A DNA stretch of 63,099 nucleotides, filler included, from a bacterium (GTDB taxonomy: Bacteria; UBP18; UBA7526), in NCBI GenBank assembly GCA_030615855.1. It is 6 parts of 6 records of this genome, joined end to end, with 100 filler letters (N's around TTAATTAATTAA, not from the genome) between each part and the next. Parts side by side here need not be neighbours in the genome. Positions count along the whole stretch, not along the records: positions 43,659 to 58,019 come from JAUWYL010000027.1; positions 58,120 to 61,474 come from JAUWYL010000045.1; 4 more parts are not named here. One strand, 5' to 3'. This document shows, piece by piece, positions 50,982 through 61,574 of this stretch. Below the pieces are notes generated by a model. It saw nothing but the letters and a program-made list of their open reading frames with translations. It was not told where the DNA came from and did not search any database. Numbering within the stretch: the stretch's first letter is position 1; each line of letters begins with the position of its first letter. The position numbers and the translations under genes are program-made.

Positions 50982-52166
50982 TTACTTTCCCACTATCCTG
51001 ATGAATCTTCTCTTTCCTACCTTAAGGATGGTTCCTTCTCTGATAGTCAGCTCCTTCTCCGGGTCGATAATTCTTTCTCCATCCAGAGTAACTGCCCCCT
51101 GCTGAATAAGGCGTCTGGCCTCAGAGGAACTCTTGGCCATTTTAGAGATAGTTAATAGTTTAACGACCCATATCTTCTTCTTAGAAACTTTTACTTTTGG
51201 TATTCTGTGAGGTAGTTTCTTTTCTTTGAAGACTTCTTCAAACTCTTCAGCTGCTTCTTTGGCGGCCTTCCTGCTATGGTACATTTTCACTATTCTTATC
51301 GCCAGATTCTTCTTTGCTTCCTTAGGATGTAGCCTTCCACTCTTTAGATTTCTCTTTATCCTGGCTAATTCAGCAGGAGAAATATTAGTTACTAATTCCC
51401 AATATCTAAGCATCAATTTATCAGAGATGGACATTATCTTGCCAAATATCTCTTTGGGTGGCTCACTTATCCCGATATAGTTATCATAGGTCTTACTCAT
51501 TTTCCTTATTCCATCCGTCCCCTCTAAGAGAGGTATGGTAATCACTACCTGAGGCTTCTGGCCATACTCCCTTTGCAACACTCTACCAACCAACATATTG
51601 AACTTCTGGTCTGTTCCTCCTATCTCAATATCTGCCTTTAAAACAATGGAGTCGTAGCCCTGAATGAGAGGATACAAGAACTCATGGATGGAGATGGGGT
51701 GCTCCTTCCTATACCTCAGAGAGAAGTCATCCCTCTCAAGCATCCGAGCCACAGTATACTTTGAGGCTAAGTTAAATATATCACTAGAGGTCAATTTATC
51801 GAGCCATACACTATTAAAGACTATCTGGGTCTTCTTCCTATCCAGGATCTTGAATACCTGATCCTGATAGGTCCGGGCATTCTTTAAGACCTCTTTTCTG
51901 CTCAGAGGCTTTCTGGTCTCTATTCTTCCTGAAGGGTCTCCAATCCTTGCCGTAAAGTCTCCGATGACAAAGATGATCTTGTGGCCCAAGTCCTGGAACT
52001 GCCTTAACTTCTGTAAGACGACAGTATGGCCCAGATGAATATCAGGAACTGTAGGATCTGCCCCGAACTTTACCCTCAAAGGTCTCTTCTTCCTCAGACA
52101 CTTTTTTAGCTCATCCTTGGTTAGTATCTCGACCGTTCCCCTTCTTATTACTTCTAAATCTTTCAT
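50982..52166 (-). CDS. tyrS: tyrosine-tRNA ligase
   Basis: [30 protein letters not shown]-terminal S4 domain. Confidence 0.95.
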   Translation of the reverse strand: MKDLEVIRRGTVEILTKDELKKCLRKKRPLRVKFGADPTVPDIHLGHTVVLQKLRQFQDLGHKIIFVIGDFTARIGDPSGRIETRKPLSRKEVLKNARTYQDQVFKILDRKKTQIVFNSVWLDKLTSSDIFNLASKYTVARMLERDDFSLRYRKEHPISIHEFLYPLIQGYDSIVLKADIEIGGTDQKFNMLVGRVLQREYGQKPQVVITIPLLEGTDGIRKMSKTYDNYIGISEPPKEIFGKIMSISDKLMLRYWELVTNISPAELARIKRNLKSGRLHPKEAKKNLAIRIVKMYHSRKAAKEAAEEFEEVFKEKKLPHRIPKVKVSKKKIWVVKLLTISKMAKSSSEARRLIQQGAVTLDGERIIDPEKELTIREGTILKVGKRRFIRIVGK

Positions 52167-52187
52167 TGTCACACCCCACAAGTTTTT

Positions 52188-52216
52188 AGTTTAACATACT
52201 TTCTTTTTAAAAGCAA
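52188..52216 (-). promoter_or_regulatory. sigma70-like promoter for tyrS
   Basis: TTGCTT-17 bp-TAAACT with extended TG. Confidence 0.5.
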
Positions 52217-52233
52217 AGGAAAATTTAGAATTT

Positions 52234-52262
52234 TTGACTTTTTGATTTGTTTTTAGTATAAT
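52234..52262 (+). promoter_or_regulatory. sigma70 promoter for PBP1A
   Basis: TTGACT-17 bp-TATAAT. Confidence 0.7.
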
Positions 52263-52288
52263 ATGTAATTGCCTATCAGGAGTGAAGA

Positions 52289-54682
52289 ATGTTTAGAGAT
52301 TTGAAGAAAACTTGGGAGAAGATAGAGAAATCTGGCTCAAAGAGGGATAAGATCGCCTTCATCAGCATTCTGAGCCTATTCTCTCTTATTATTCTGGGCT
52401 TGATCATAGCACCCCTCCACCTCTATCTCTCCACCCTACCCTCCATCCGTGCTTTCGAGGACTATCGGCCAGGGATCATTACCAAGATATATGACGCGAA
52501 CGGGCAGTTGATCGGTCAGTTTGCCGAAGAGCGGAGGATACTCATTCCTCTGACCTCTGTCCCCAAGAGCCTCCTGGATGCCACCATCGCTGTCGAGGAT
52601 TCCAGGTTCTATCGCCACTGTGGAATAGACTTCCCGGGGATTGTGAGAGCAGCCTGGATGAACCTAAAGGCGAGAAGGATTGTGGAGGGAGGTTCAACCA
52701 TCACCCAGCAGCTCTCCAAGCTCTTATTCTTAACCCCAGAAAAGACCATAAGGAGGAAGATAAAGGAGGCGGTTTTAGCCCTCCAGATCGAACATAGATA
52801 TTCCAAGGATGAGATCCTGGAGTTATACTTCAATCAGATATACTTTGGCCATGGGGCCTATGGGGTAGAAGCAGCAGCCAACACCTACTTTGGAAAACAC
52901 GCCCAGGAATTGACCTCAGCAGAGTCTGCCCTCCTGGCTGGCCTTCCTCGCTCTCCCTCCCGCTACTCCCCCTATAATAACCCGGAATTAGCCCTGAGGA
53001 GAAGGGCCCATGCCTTGAGAAGGATGGTCAAGGAAGGCTTTATCAGGGAAGGAGAAGCGGCTGAGGCGAACCAGGAACCCCTGGAGCTAAAGAGGCTTAC
53101 TGCCGGTGAGAATGAGGCTCCCTATTTTGTAGAGCACATCAGACGCCAGCTGGAGAGAAGATACGGGACCCACGCTATTTATCGGGGAGGGTTGAGGGTC
53201 TACACCACTTTAGATTTAGAGATGCAGAAGACTGCCCAGAAATCACTCAAGGAGGGCGTAAGAAATGTAGACAAGACCTTTGGCTGGAGGAAACCAGAGA
53301 AAGCAACAGAGGAGGAATTGGCCTTATTTGCCAAGGAGAAGAGGTCCCGCATCTTGGCCCTGCTTGAAGAGGGAGAAGTTTATTCTGGGATAGTAGTGAA
53401 AGCCGCGAGCACCTTTGCCCTCATTGACCTGAAAGGAGGATTAAAAGGGATTCTGTCTGCTAAGAACATCGCCTGGACGGGCTTCAGATATCCCTCCACT
53501 ATCCTGAAGCCGAAGAATAAGGTGGATGTCAGGGTCGTTGAACTGGATAGAGAAAAGGAGAGGATAATATTAGCCTTAGAACAGAGACCGAAGATTCAGG
53601 GAGCCATGGTAGTCCTAGAGCCTTCTACGGGATATATCCGGGCCATGGTGGGAGGATATGACTTCGAAGAGAGCGAATTCAATAGGGTAACCCAGGCCCG
53701 AAGGCAGCCGGGCTCTTCCTTCAAGCCCTTCATCTATACCGCGGCCATCGACAGTGGCTATCCCCCCACCTATATCATAATCGATGCTCCAGTGATCTAT
53801 GATGACTGGGGTGAGAAGTGGACCCCCAGGAATTATGATGAGAAGTTTCTGGGACCAACTACCTTGAGGGTGGGCCTGGCCCAGTCAAGGAATGTGGTTA
53901 CCGTAAAATTATTGGAGAAGATCGGGGTCAAGAAAGTAATTAGTTATGCTCATAGAATGGGTATCAAGACTTATCTTGGCCCGGATCTTTCTTTAGCCTT
54001 AGGAACCTCGGAGGTCATCCCTTTAGAAATGGCCTCGGCCTATGGAGTCTTTCCCAATCAGGGGATAAAGACTAAGCCCCTATCCATCTTAAAAGTCGAG
54101 GATCGCAGTGGGAATATCTTAGAAGAGAACTTTCCTAAAGAGGAAGAGGTATTGAGTCCGGCCACCTGTTATATTATGACCAATCTTTTAAAAGGGGTGG
54201 TGGAGCGGGGCACAGGTTGGAGGGCGCGGGCAGTGGGCCGCCCCTGCGCTGCCAAGACAGGAACCACGGATGAATGCACCGATGCCTGGTTCATTGGTTT
54301 TACTCCTGATTTGGTGACCTGTGTCTGGGTAGGATTTGATGAAAAGATATCTTTGGGTAAGGATATGACCGGCTCCCGGGTAGCAGGGCCAATATGGACA
54401 GATTTTATGAGAGAGGTCTTCCAGGATAGGCCAATCAGAGAATTCCCCATCCCGGAGAAGAAATTGACCTTTGCCCGCATTTGCCCAGAGAGTGGCCTAT
54501 TAGCAACCAAGGAGTGCCCCCAGGTGATGGTGGAGGCTTTCCTGGAGGGAACGGCGCCTACAGAATACTGCGATTTACACGGTCTGGAAAGGATTCCCGG
54601 AAAGGGGTGGGCCTTAAGGCTCATCGAGCCCCAGAAGAAGAAGGAACTGGAGAGCCCCTTCAGCCTGGAACTCATACCCTAG
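52289..54682 (+). CDS. mrcA: class A penicillin-binding protein 1A
   Basis: EDSRF, GGSTITQQL, RKIKE; SSFK, SRN, KTG. Confidence 0.9.
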   Translation: MFRDLKKTWEKIEKSGSKRDKIAFISILSLFSLIILGLIIAPLHLYLSTLPSIRAFEDYRPGIITKIYDANGQLIGQFAEERRILIPLTSVPKSLLDATIAVEDSRFYRHCGIDFPGIVRAAWMNLKARRIVEGGSTITQQLSKLLFLTPEKTIRRKIKEAVLALQIEHRYSKDEILELYFNQIYFGHGAYGVEAAANTYFGKHAQELTSAESALLAGLPRSPSRYSPYNNPELALRRRAHALRRMVKEGFIREGEAAEANQEPLELKRLTAGENEAPYFVEHIRRQLERRYGTHAIYRGGLRVYTTLDLEMQKTAQKSLKEGVRNVDKTFGWRKPEKATEEELALFAKEKRSRILALLEEGEVYSGIVVKAASTFALIDLKGGLKGILSAKNIAWTGFRYPSTILKPKNKVDVRVVELDREKERIILALEQRPKIQGAMVVLEPSTGYIRAMVGGYDFEESEFNRVTQARRQPGSSFKPFIYTAAIDSGYPPTYIIIDAPVIYDDWGEKWTPRNYDEKFLGPTTLRVGLAQSRNVVTVKLLEKIGVKKVISYAHRMGIKTYLGPDLSLALGTSEVIPLEMASAYGVFPNQGIKTKPLSILKVEDRSGNILEENFPKEEEVLSPATCYIMTNLLKGVVERGTGWRARAVGRPCAAKTGTTDECTDAWFIGFTPDLVTCVWVGFDEKISLGKDMTGSRVAGPIWTDFMREVFQDRPIREFPIPEKKLTFARICPESGLLATKECPQVMVEAFLEGTAPTEYCDLHGLERIPGKGWALRLIEPQKKKELESPFSLELIP

Positions 54683-54915
54683 AAGAACTGGAAAGAGAAT
54701 TAAGCCTCTACGAGGAATCGATAAGCATAAGCGAAGAGCCTTATATTGAGAATCAATAGAAGGGGCAAGCTTTATAGCGCGCCTTCATAGTGAATAGCAA
54801 ACGATGGCGACGGTTACTACACTTCGCTGTTACTACTGGTTACTACATCCGGCTAAAGCCGGATTGTTACGATCAGTTGCGTAACTCTTAGTAACCGATG
54901 ATAGAGGGGGGGATT

Positions 54916-55443
54916 ATGATAGAGAAAGGGAACGAGGCAGAGAAAGAGGTAATAAAACAAGTAGCAGAGTTTATGTGTGCCACTGCCCGCACGGCACCCA
55001 AGGCAAAGGGAATGGACAATATTGTAACGGCCATTATAAGTGACGAAGATAAGGGGCGCTTAGCAGATGAGATGGAGAAAATCGGAAGAAAGAAAAAGAG
55101 AAAGAGTTTCTTGAGGGATAGTGAGAATATAAGGAAGGTACCCCTTTTAGTCTTGATAGGAACAGAGGCCAGACCCATTGGATTAGCGGTCTGTGGGTTA
55201 TGTGGTTTCAAGGATTGTAAGGAACTGGAAAAGATGGGTGGAATATGTGCCTTCAATAGCGGGGATCTGGGGATTGCTATAGGGAGTGCGGTCTCCCTGG
55301 CAGCCAACTTTCATATAGATAACCGGATTATGTATACTGCAGGGATTGCTGCCTTAAATCTAAGACTATTGGGAAAGGATGTAAGAATCGCTTTCGGTAT
55401 CCCTTTAAGTATCAGCGGGAAGAATCCTTTTTTCGATAGGTGA
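54916..55443 (+). CDS. DUF2148 ferredoxin-domain-containing protein
   Basis: ARTAPKAKG.D, CGLCGFKDC, DLGIAIGSA, DNRIMYTAG, KNPFFDR. Confidence 0.8.
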   Translation: MIEKGNEAEKEVIKQVAEFMCATARTAPKAKGMDNIVTAIISDEDKGRLADEMEKIGRKKKRKSFLRDSENIRKVPLLVLIGTEARPIGLAVCGLCGFKDCKELEKMGGICAFNSGDLGIAIGSAVSLAANFHIDNRIMYTAGIAALNLRLLGKDVRIAFGIPLSISGKNPFFDR

Positions 55444-55509
55444 CACGGATAAACACGGATACCAACACGGATAAGCGCGGATATTAATACGGATCTACAC
55501 GAATAAAAG

Positions 55510-55533
55510 AAAAGGGCTTCTTGAGCCCTTTTT
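55510..55533 (+). terminator. intrinsic terminator
   Basis: AAAAGGGCT-tcttg-AGCCCTTTTT. Confidence 0.65.
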
Positions 55534-55791
55534 AATTTATTTGCTTTTTTATTATGTTTCCAAATTCTTATGTTTTTTAATGAACTTAAAAACCCGCCGA
55601 AAAGGCGGGCATTTGGAAACAACAACAGAGAAAAAAATATACAAACTTCAGGAAACACTGCAACCGCAAAAACGTAAAATTTTAACTTAAAGACGCAAAG
55701 AAAACTAGAACTCGTCTATTTTGTTTCTTCCATTCTCCATTTCCCTGATAACCTGATTACCAGTTATCGTTCACTTGCGGTTAACTATTGC

Positions 55792-56325
55792 CTATCTATC
55801 CTTGACTCTTAAGAGAGTCTTTATCTTAAAGCCGGTCTCTTTCTCTATCCTTTTCTTCCCCTCTCCCCTTTCAAAGACAGTAATGACATCTGCGATTTTA
55901 ATTCCTGCTTTCTTTAACGCCTTAATGATTCCCAGTAATGTTCCTCCGGTTGAGACAATGTCATCAACAATTAACACTCGATCCCCCCTCTTCAGGCCGT
56001 TGACATACATCTTGCATTCTGCATAGCCCGTTTTCTGATAAACTTCTAATTCCCCTTTTAGTTTATATTCCTTTTTCCTAACGACATTTAAGGGAATTTT
56101 TGTCTTATATGAGAGAAGGGTAGCGATGGGGATGCCCATTGCTTCCGGAGTGATGATATAATCAACATTGAGGTCAGTGACCTCTATGATCCTTTTTACT
56201 ACATCCTCTAATAGCCCGGATTCTATATAAGGTATTCCATCTGTTATGGGATGGACAACATATCTATAGTGACCCTTCATCACTACGGGAGAGGTCTCCC
56301 ATAATTTCTTCAGTTTCTCAAGCAA
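55792..56325 (-). CDS. hpt: purine phosphoribosyltransferase, archaeal Hpt-like
   Basis: Y.YVVHPITDGIP, EAMGIP, TGY, IVDDIVSTGGT. Confidence 0.8.
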   Translation of the reverse strand: MLEKLKKLWETSPVVMKGHYRYVVHPITDGIPYIESGLLEDVVKRIIEVTDLNVDYIITPEAMGIPIATLLSYKTKIPLNVVRKKEYKLKGELEVYQKTGYAECKMYVNGLKRGDRVLIVDDIVSTGGTLLGIIKALKKAGIKIADVITVFERGEGKKRIEKETGFKIKTLLRVKDR

Positions 56326-56340
56326 GATAGGCCTCCTCTA

Positions 56341-56500
56341 AATCGGTTACTATCGGTTAAAAACGGTTAATTTCATTCGGTTAATAACGGTTACTATCGG
56401 TTAATAAAATAAAGTTAAGTGATATGTTGGTTAATATCGGTTGCTTTTTCGCAACTGATATTAACTGGTATTAACCAATATTAACTGATGTGAACTGTTA
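56341..56500. repeat. inverted 10-mer arrays (AATATCGGTT / AACYGATATT)
   Basis: GTTAATATCGGTTGC-tttttc-GCAACTGATATTAAC centre; related arrays at 3040-3085 and 4929-5050. Confidence 0.85.
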
Positions 56501-56506
56501 GTGATT

Positions 56507-56776
56507 TTACTTGACAGCGTCTTTCAGAGCCTTAGAAGGTTTGAATACTGGAACCTTCTTGGCTGGGATCTGAATGGTAGCCCCGGTCTGAGGGTTCCTT
56601 CCCATTCTGGCTCCCCTCTGCCTTACGCTGAAGATGCCCAATCCTTTGAGGATCACCTTATCCCCTTTTGCCAAAGATTCCTGAATACTCTTGATGACTA
56701 CATCCACTGCCTTCTCTGCCTCCTGCTTGGTGCAGGTCACCTTGGCTACTTCCTTCACCAACTCTGCCTTTCTCAT
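56507..56776 (-). CDS. hup: DNA-binding protein HU
   Basis: MRKAELV, GLGIF, GRNPQTG, PVFKPSKALK; GGAGGT RBS. Confidence 0.95.
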   Translation of the reverse strand: MRKAELVKEVAKVTCTKQEAEKAVDVVIKSIQESLAKGDKVILKGLGIFSVRQRGARMGRNPQTGATIQIPAKKVPVFKPSKALKDAVK

Positions 56777-56999
56777 TTTTACCTCCCCTTTATACACGGA
56801 TCATCACAGATTTATTACGGATTACAGGATGCACTCCGTTAGCATCCTAGAGAGCATCAAATTGATTAATACTTAATCATCAACGGCGGAGAACAAAGTG
56901 CGCTGTTTAATATTAAGCATTGCCACAGATCACAGATATTGAATGCTTGATCCTTGTTCTCGATAGCTTGATAGCTTGATAGCTTCAAAACTTACTCTC

Positions 57000-58019
57000 C
57001 TACTCTCCTACTCTCCTACTTTTTAATGCTGCATGGGCCGCAGCTAATCTCGCGATGGGGACTCTATAGGGGGAGCAGGAGACATAGTCCAGGCCAACCC
57101 GGTGGCAGAACTTGACACTCTCTGGCTCTCCCCCATGCTCCCCACAGATCCCAATCTTTAAACTCTTCCTCGCCCTTCTCCCCTTCCTAACCGCCATCTC
57201 AATCAGTTCCCCTACCCCTTTCTGGTCAAGGACTTCAAAGGGGTTATTATCTAAAACATTCTTTTCTAAGTAGGCAGGAAGGAACTTTCCCTCGATATCA
57301 TCCCGGGAGAAGCCGAAGACCGTCTGGGTGAGGTCGTTCGTCCCAAAGGAGAAGAATTCTGCCTCCCTCGCGATCTCATCTGCGGTAATACAGGCTCTGG
57401 GTAGTTCAATCATGGTTCCCACAGAATAGTTTATCCTCACCTTCTTTCTTTTCATTACCTCATCTGCCATTTTATGAACATCTTCTTTGGTTAATCTCAA
57501 TTCATTTACATGGCCCACCAGGGGGATCATGACCTCCGGGATTACTTTATACCCCTTTTTAGTAAGTTCGCAGGCGGCCTCAAATATCGCCTGGGCCTGC
57601 ATCCTGTAGATCTCTGGGGTAGTAACCCCCAATCTACAGCCCCGATGGCCGAGCATGGGATTCGTCTCTCTCAGGGCCTCTATCTTATTGAGTAGTTTCT
57701 CCTTCTGGGCGATTTTCTTCTTTGATCCTTTCTTGGCCTTCAGGATGGCGATCTCAACCAGTAACTCTTCGCTTCTGGGTAGGAATTCATGTAATGGGGG
57801 ATCTAAAAGTCTAATAGTAACGGGAAGGCCCTCCATGGCCTTAAATATTCCCTTGAAGTCCTCTCTCTGCATGGGCAAAAGTTTCCTCAAAGCCTTTTCC
57901 CTTGTCCTCTCATCCCGGGCTAAGATCATTTCCTGAACGATGGGCATTCTCTTCTCTCCAAAGAACATATGCTCTGTCCGGCATAATCCAATCCCTTCTG
58001 CTCCAAACTCCCGGGCTTT
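57000..58019 (-). CDS. ppdK: pyruvate, phosphate dikinase, C-terminal part
   Basis: [50 protein letters not shown]. Confidence 0.95.
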   Translation of the reverse strand, partial: KAREFGAEGIGLCRTEHMFFGEKRMPIVQEMILARDERTREKALRKLLPMQREDFKGIFKAMEGLPVTIRLLDPPLHEFLPRSEELLVEIAILKAKKGSKKKIAQKEKLLNKIEALRETNPMLGHRGCRLGVTTPEIYRMQAQAIFEAACELTKKGYKVIPEVMIPLVGHVNELRLTKEDVHKMADEVMKRKKVRINYSVGTMIELPRACITADEIAREAEFFSFGTNDLTQTVFGFSRDDIEGKFLPAYLEKNVLDNNPFEVLDQKGVGELIEMAVRKGRRARKSLKIGICGEHGGEPESVKFCHRVGLDYVSCSPYRVPIARLAAAHAALKSRRVGE

Positions 58020-58119
58020 NNNNNNNNNNNNNNNNNNNNNNNNNNNNNNNNNNNNNNNNNNNNTTAATTAATTAANNNNNNNNNNNNNNNNNNNNNNNNN
58101 NNNNNNNNNNNNNNNNNNN
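58020..58119. other. artificial scaffold linker
   Basis: N-run + TTAATTAATTAA + N-run. Confidence 0.98.
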
Positions 58120-60619
58120 TGAGGGACGCCAGGCCCTTGCTCAAGGCCCTCCTTACACTCTTTGGGTTCTGGCCCAGGGTTCTCCCAATCTCCATCATTG
58201 CCCTTTCTAGGTTATACCTCTTCTTATGGAAATGGATGGGGACGGTGAGCAACTTCTTGCCCAGTTCTGTAGTTACTCTTGCCATATAGGGGGAGGCCTG
58301 GACAAGGGGGCAGAGATAGGTCTTTCTATCCTCTCTCCTGTTGGGCATCTCGATCACGCTGGGCAGGAAGATATAATTGACACCCCTTTCCAATAGATTC
58401 CTTATGTGACCGGTTAGTATCTCTAAGGGAAGGCAGGTATCGGATAGGATGCCATCAGAGCCCTTGGCCAAAAGTCTCTTATTCGTTATCTCTGAGGTGA
58501 TCACCTGGTATCCTAACTCCGTAAAAAAAGCCTGCCAGAGAGGAAAGAGGTCATAGTATACTGAGAAGAGTCTTGGTATGCCAATCTTTATTCCATTTCT
58601 CTTTGTCTTAGTCTCGTGAGCCCGGGTAAGCAGTCTCTCCCTTTCCCGGAATAGGTCAGGAAGGTTATTCTTAACCGATAGCTGACCGGCGCTTTTCTGG
58701 TATTTTTGACATCTGTCGCCATAGTAGTAGGTGATCCCCTCCTCTTCTTCTATCTCAACCATCTTGACAGTACATACATTGGCACATCCCTTACACTCAA
58801 AAGATTTCAAGAAGTAACTTCTTCCTTTCAATCTCTTGAAGCCCACGAAGTTTGTCTTCCCCTGATACATCTTCTTTGCCAGGAGGGCCGCCCCGATAGC
58901 CCCCAGGACCTCACAGTGAGGAGGTACCGTGATATGGGCTTTGGTCAGATACTGGAGAGCAACGACCACTGCTCTATTCAGGGCCACCCCTCCCTGAAGG
59001 AAGATATTTTTTCCTTTCTTATCCCCAATCTTGAATTCATTCAAGTAGTTGTGGGCAATGGCATGACAGAGGCTGGCCACCAGGTCATTCTTCCTATGGG
59101 TATTCTGTCGGGAGATGACCTCCTGTTCCATGAATACGGTACATTTGCAACTACCAAAAGAGAATGGTCTCTGGCTCTTAAATGCCTGGTGGGCAAAATC
59201 CTCAACCCTTATGCCAAGTAGTTTTGCCTGCTCCTCTATGAAGGAGCCGGTTCCTGCGGCGCAGGCGGTATTCATGGCAAAGTTTACTACTACCCCATCT
59301 TCTAAGCATATGTATTTCGAATCCTGACCCCCGATCTCGAATATCTCAGCGACCTCTATTCTCAGCCTTTCTGCCACGCTTAATGAGCCGGTCTTGTGGG
59401 CCGTTATCTCATTCCTTGTTCTCACTCCTCCAAGATAATCAGCAACCAGACCTCTTCCCGAACCAGTGACACAGACATCCAGAACATTTATTCTCTCACC
59501 CATCTCTCGCTCCACATCTAATAGTGCCTGGGTAACGACCTTTAGCGGCCTCGATTCTGTGGGAAGATATCTCTTGGTTAAAAGTCTCCATTCATCCTTA
59601 GTAAAGTTTAAGACAGCGATATTGGTACTCACCGAGCCAACATCGATTCCCAAAAAGACATCCCGTCTTTCATCCTTTGCGGGAGGGTAAAGACCTTCTT
59701 CCAAGATATTTATATCATCCTTCAACCTCAGCGGTTCAAGCAGATTCTCTTTCCTTTCCTGATTCAGACTTCTCAACTTTCTATTGATATCCTTTAAGTT
59801 AAAATCTCTTCCTTGCTTCTGGCGGGCGGCGATCATGGCGGCCCCAATGGCACCCATAGATCTAAAATAGGGAGGGATGAAGAGAGTCTCATTCTCTTTG
59901 AGCAATCCTAGGATATCCTCAAAGGCTTTTATCATCCCTCTATTGGTAGCCACTCCACCCTGCAAGGATATGGGCTTGGAGAGTCTCTTGCCTCTGCTTA
60001 GGGTTCCAATCAGGTTTCTTGCTAAGCCGTAGCATAGGCCAGCTATAATATCCACATCCTTTGCTCCATTCTGCTGACTGTTTATCATGGCCGAGTTTGC
60101 GAAAACAGAACAGGTTCCGGAGATGTTCTCCGGGGTCTTCGATTTGAGGGCCAGATTACTAAACTCTTCTATGGAATATTTCAGTCTCGATGCTGCCTGG
60201 TCTAGAAAGGAGCCGGTGCCTGCAGCACACTGGCCAGAGGTTACCGAGTCGGACATAACGGTTTGATTTGGGTTGGGATCGTGATCAAGAAAGATAAGAC
60301 TTGAGGATTGGCCACCGATACTGAAGATGGTCCTGAGGTGGGGGTAGAGTCTAATATTGGCCTCGGCCTGAGCGATGATGGGGTTCACAAAGTGGGTATT
60401 GATTAGACTTGCCAGGAGTTCTCCACCGGAGCCGGTTACGGCAATGCCTTCAATCCCCTTCTCGTCTTTTAGAATCTTTTTAAGATTTGTGATCGCCCTG
60501 GGAAGAGGTTCTCTCTGATGAAGCAGATAAGGGAGTTCTTCTATACCCTGATTCTTACTATCGTAGAGAACGGTATTGATACTGAGTGCTCCCAGGTCTA
60601 TGCCGATATACTTTGCCAT
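58120..60619 (-). CDS. 2-hydroxyacyl-CoA dehydratase activase-like (two ASKHA modules + DUF2229-like domain); 3'-partial
   Basis: GIDLG/GIDVGS, CAAGTGSF twice, CSVF/CTVF, IGIPR, CPLVQ. Confidence 0.85.
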
Positions 60620-60623
60620 CTTT

Positions 60624-61112
60624 TTACTCTTTACTTTTTAATTTTCTCTTTAAAAGAATATGGCAGAGAGCAACTGCCAAGGCATCTGAGGCATCTACTG
60701 GTCGGGGGATCTTCTTCATCCTCAATAATCTCTTAATCTTCTTCTGCACTTTACTCTTCTCTGCCCTTCCCTTCCCAGTGAGGGTCATCTTTATCTGCAG
60801 AGGAGGATATCTGACTACTTCTAAATCAGCATCTGCTGCGGCAAGAAAGACCATTCCCTGTGCCTGACCAACGGAGATGGCGGTCAGGGCATTGCGGGCA
60901 AAGAAGAGTTGTTCCATGGCAATGACATCTGGAGAATACTCCTGAATGATTCGGGACAGTTCTTGATAGATAATCTTTAGCCTCTGGGGAAAGGGGGTCT
61001 TAGGAGTGGTCTTGATGCAGCCATAGCCCAAGACCTTATGCTTTCCTTTCTTGGTCTCGATTATCCCGTAACCTGTGGCTGCCGTTCCCGGATCAATCCC
61101 CAGAATAATCAT
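60624..61112 (-). CDS. ruvC: Holliday junction resolvase
   Basis: ILGIDPG..TGYG, EQLFF, GKGRAEK, DASDALAVALCH. Confidence 0.95.
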   Translation of the reverse strand: MIILGIDPGTAATGYGIIETKKGKHKVLGYGCIKTTPKTPFPQRLKIIYQELSRIIQEYSPDVIAMEQLFFARNALTAISVGQAQGMVFLAAADADLEVVRYPPLQIKMTLTGKGRAEKSKVQKKIKRLLRMKKIPRPVDASDALAVALCHILLKRKLKSKE

Positions 61113-61474
61113 TCCTTCTCCATTTCCTCTATTACTTCATCTGGAATATCGAAATTGGCATAGACGTGCTGGACATCGTCATGCTCTTCCACAGCATCGA
61201 TTAAACGTAAAAGTTGCTTCCCCATCTGGGCATCAAGTTTCTTTGTATTTTTAGGGATCATGGTTACCTCTGCTAAATTATATTCGATCCCCTTCTCCTT
61301 AATGGCCTTCTTCACCTTCTCGAAATCGGCTAAAGGGGTGATGACCTCAAAGGTATCCCCTTCCTTTCTCAAGTCCTCTGCTCCGGCCTCTAAGACTACC
61401 TCCATTAACTCATCCTCACTACATTTATTGCTATCCACAGTAATCAAACCCTTCTTCTCAAATACCCTGGCCAC
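61109..61474 (-). CDS. yebC: YebC/PmpR-family protein, C-terminal part
   Basis: FEKKG, EAGAED, EEHDDVQHVYANF; upstream of ruvC. Confidence 0.9.
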   Translation of the reverse strand: MARVFEKKGLITVDSNKCSEDELMEVVLEAGAEDLRKEGDTFEVITPLADFEKVKKAIKEKGIEYNLAEVTMIPKNTKKLDAQMGKQLLRLIDAVEEHDDVQHVYANFDIPDEVIEEMEKE

Positions 61475-61574
61475 NNNNNNNNNNNNNNNNNNNNNNNNNN
61501 NNNNNNNNNNNNNNNNNNTTAATTAATTAANNNNNNNNNNNNNNNNNNNNNNNNNNNNNNNNNNNNNNNNNNNN
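61475..61574. other. artificial scaffold linker
   Basis: N-run + TTAATTAATTAA + N-run. Confidence 0.98.

Noticed and set aside
54481-54759. Overlapping ORF suggesting a frameshifted PBP1A tail
   Set aside because: PBP1A is complete with all motifs and the alternative frame has no recognisable domain; a frameshift cannot be supported without reads
30925-59221. Long antisense ORFs (30925-31557, 54169-54675, 58706-59221 and others)
   Set aside because: They are shadows of well-supported genes on the opposite strand
9795-61574. Five TTAATTAATTAA palindromes inside N-runs
   Set aside because: Identical 100-bp artificial linkers with stops in all frames; gene adjacency across them is not evidence
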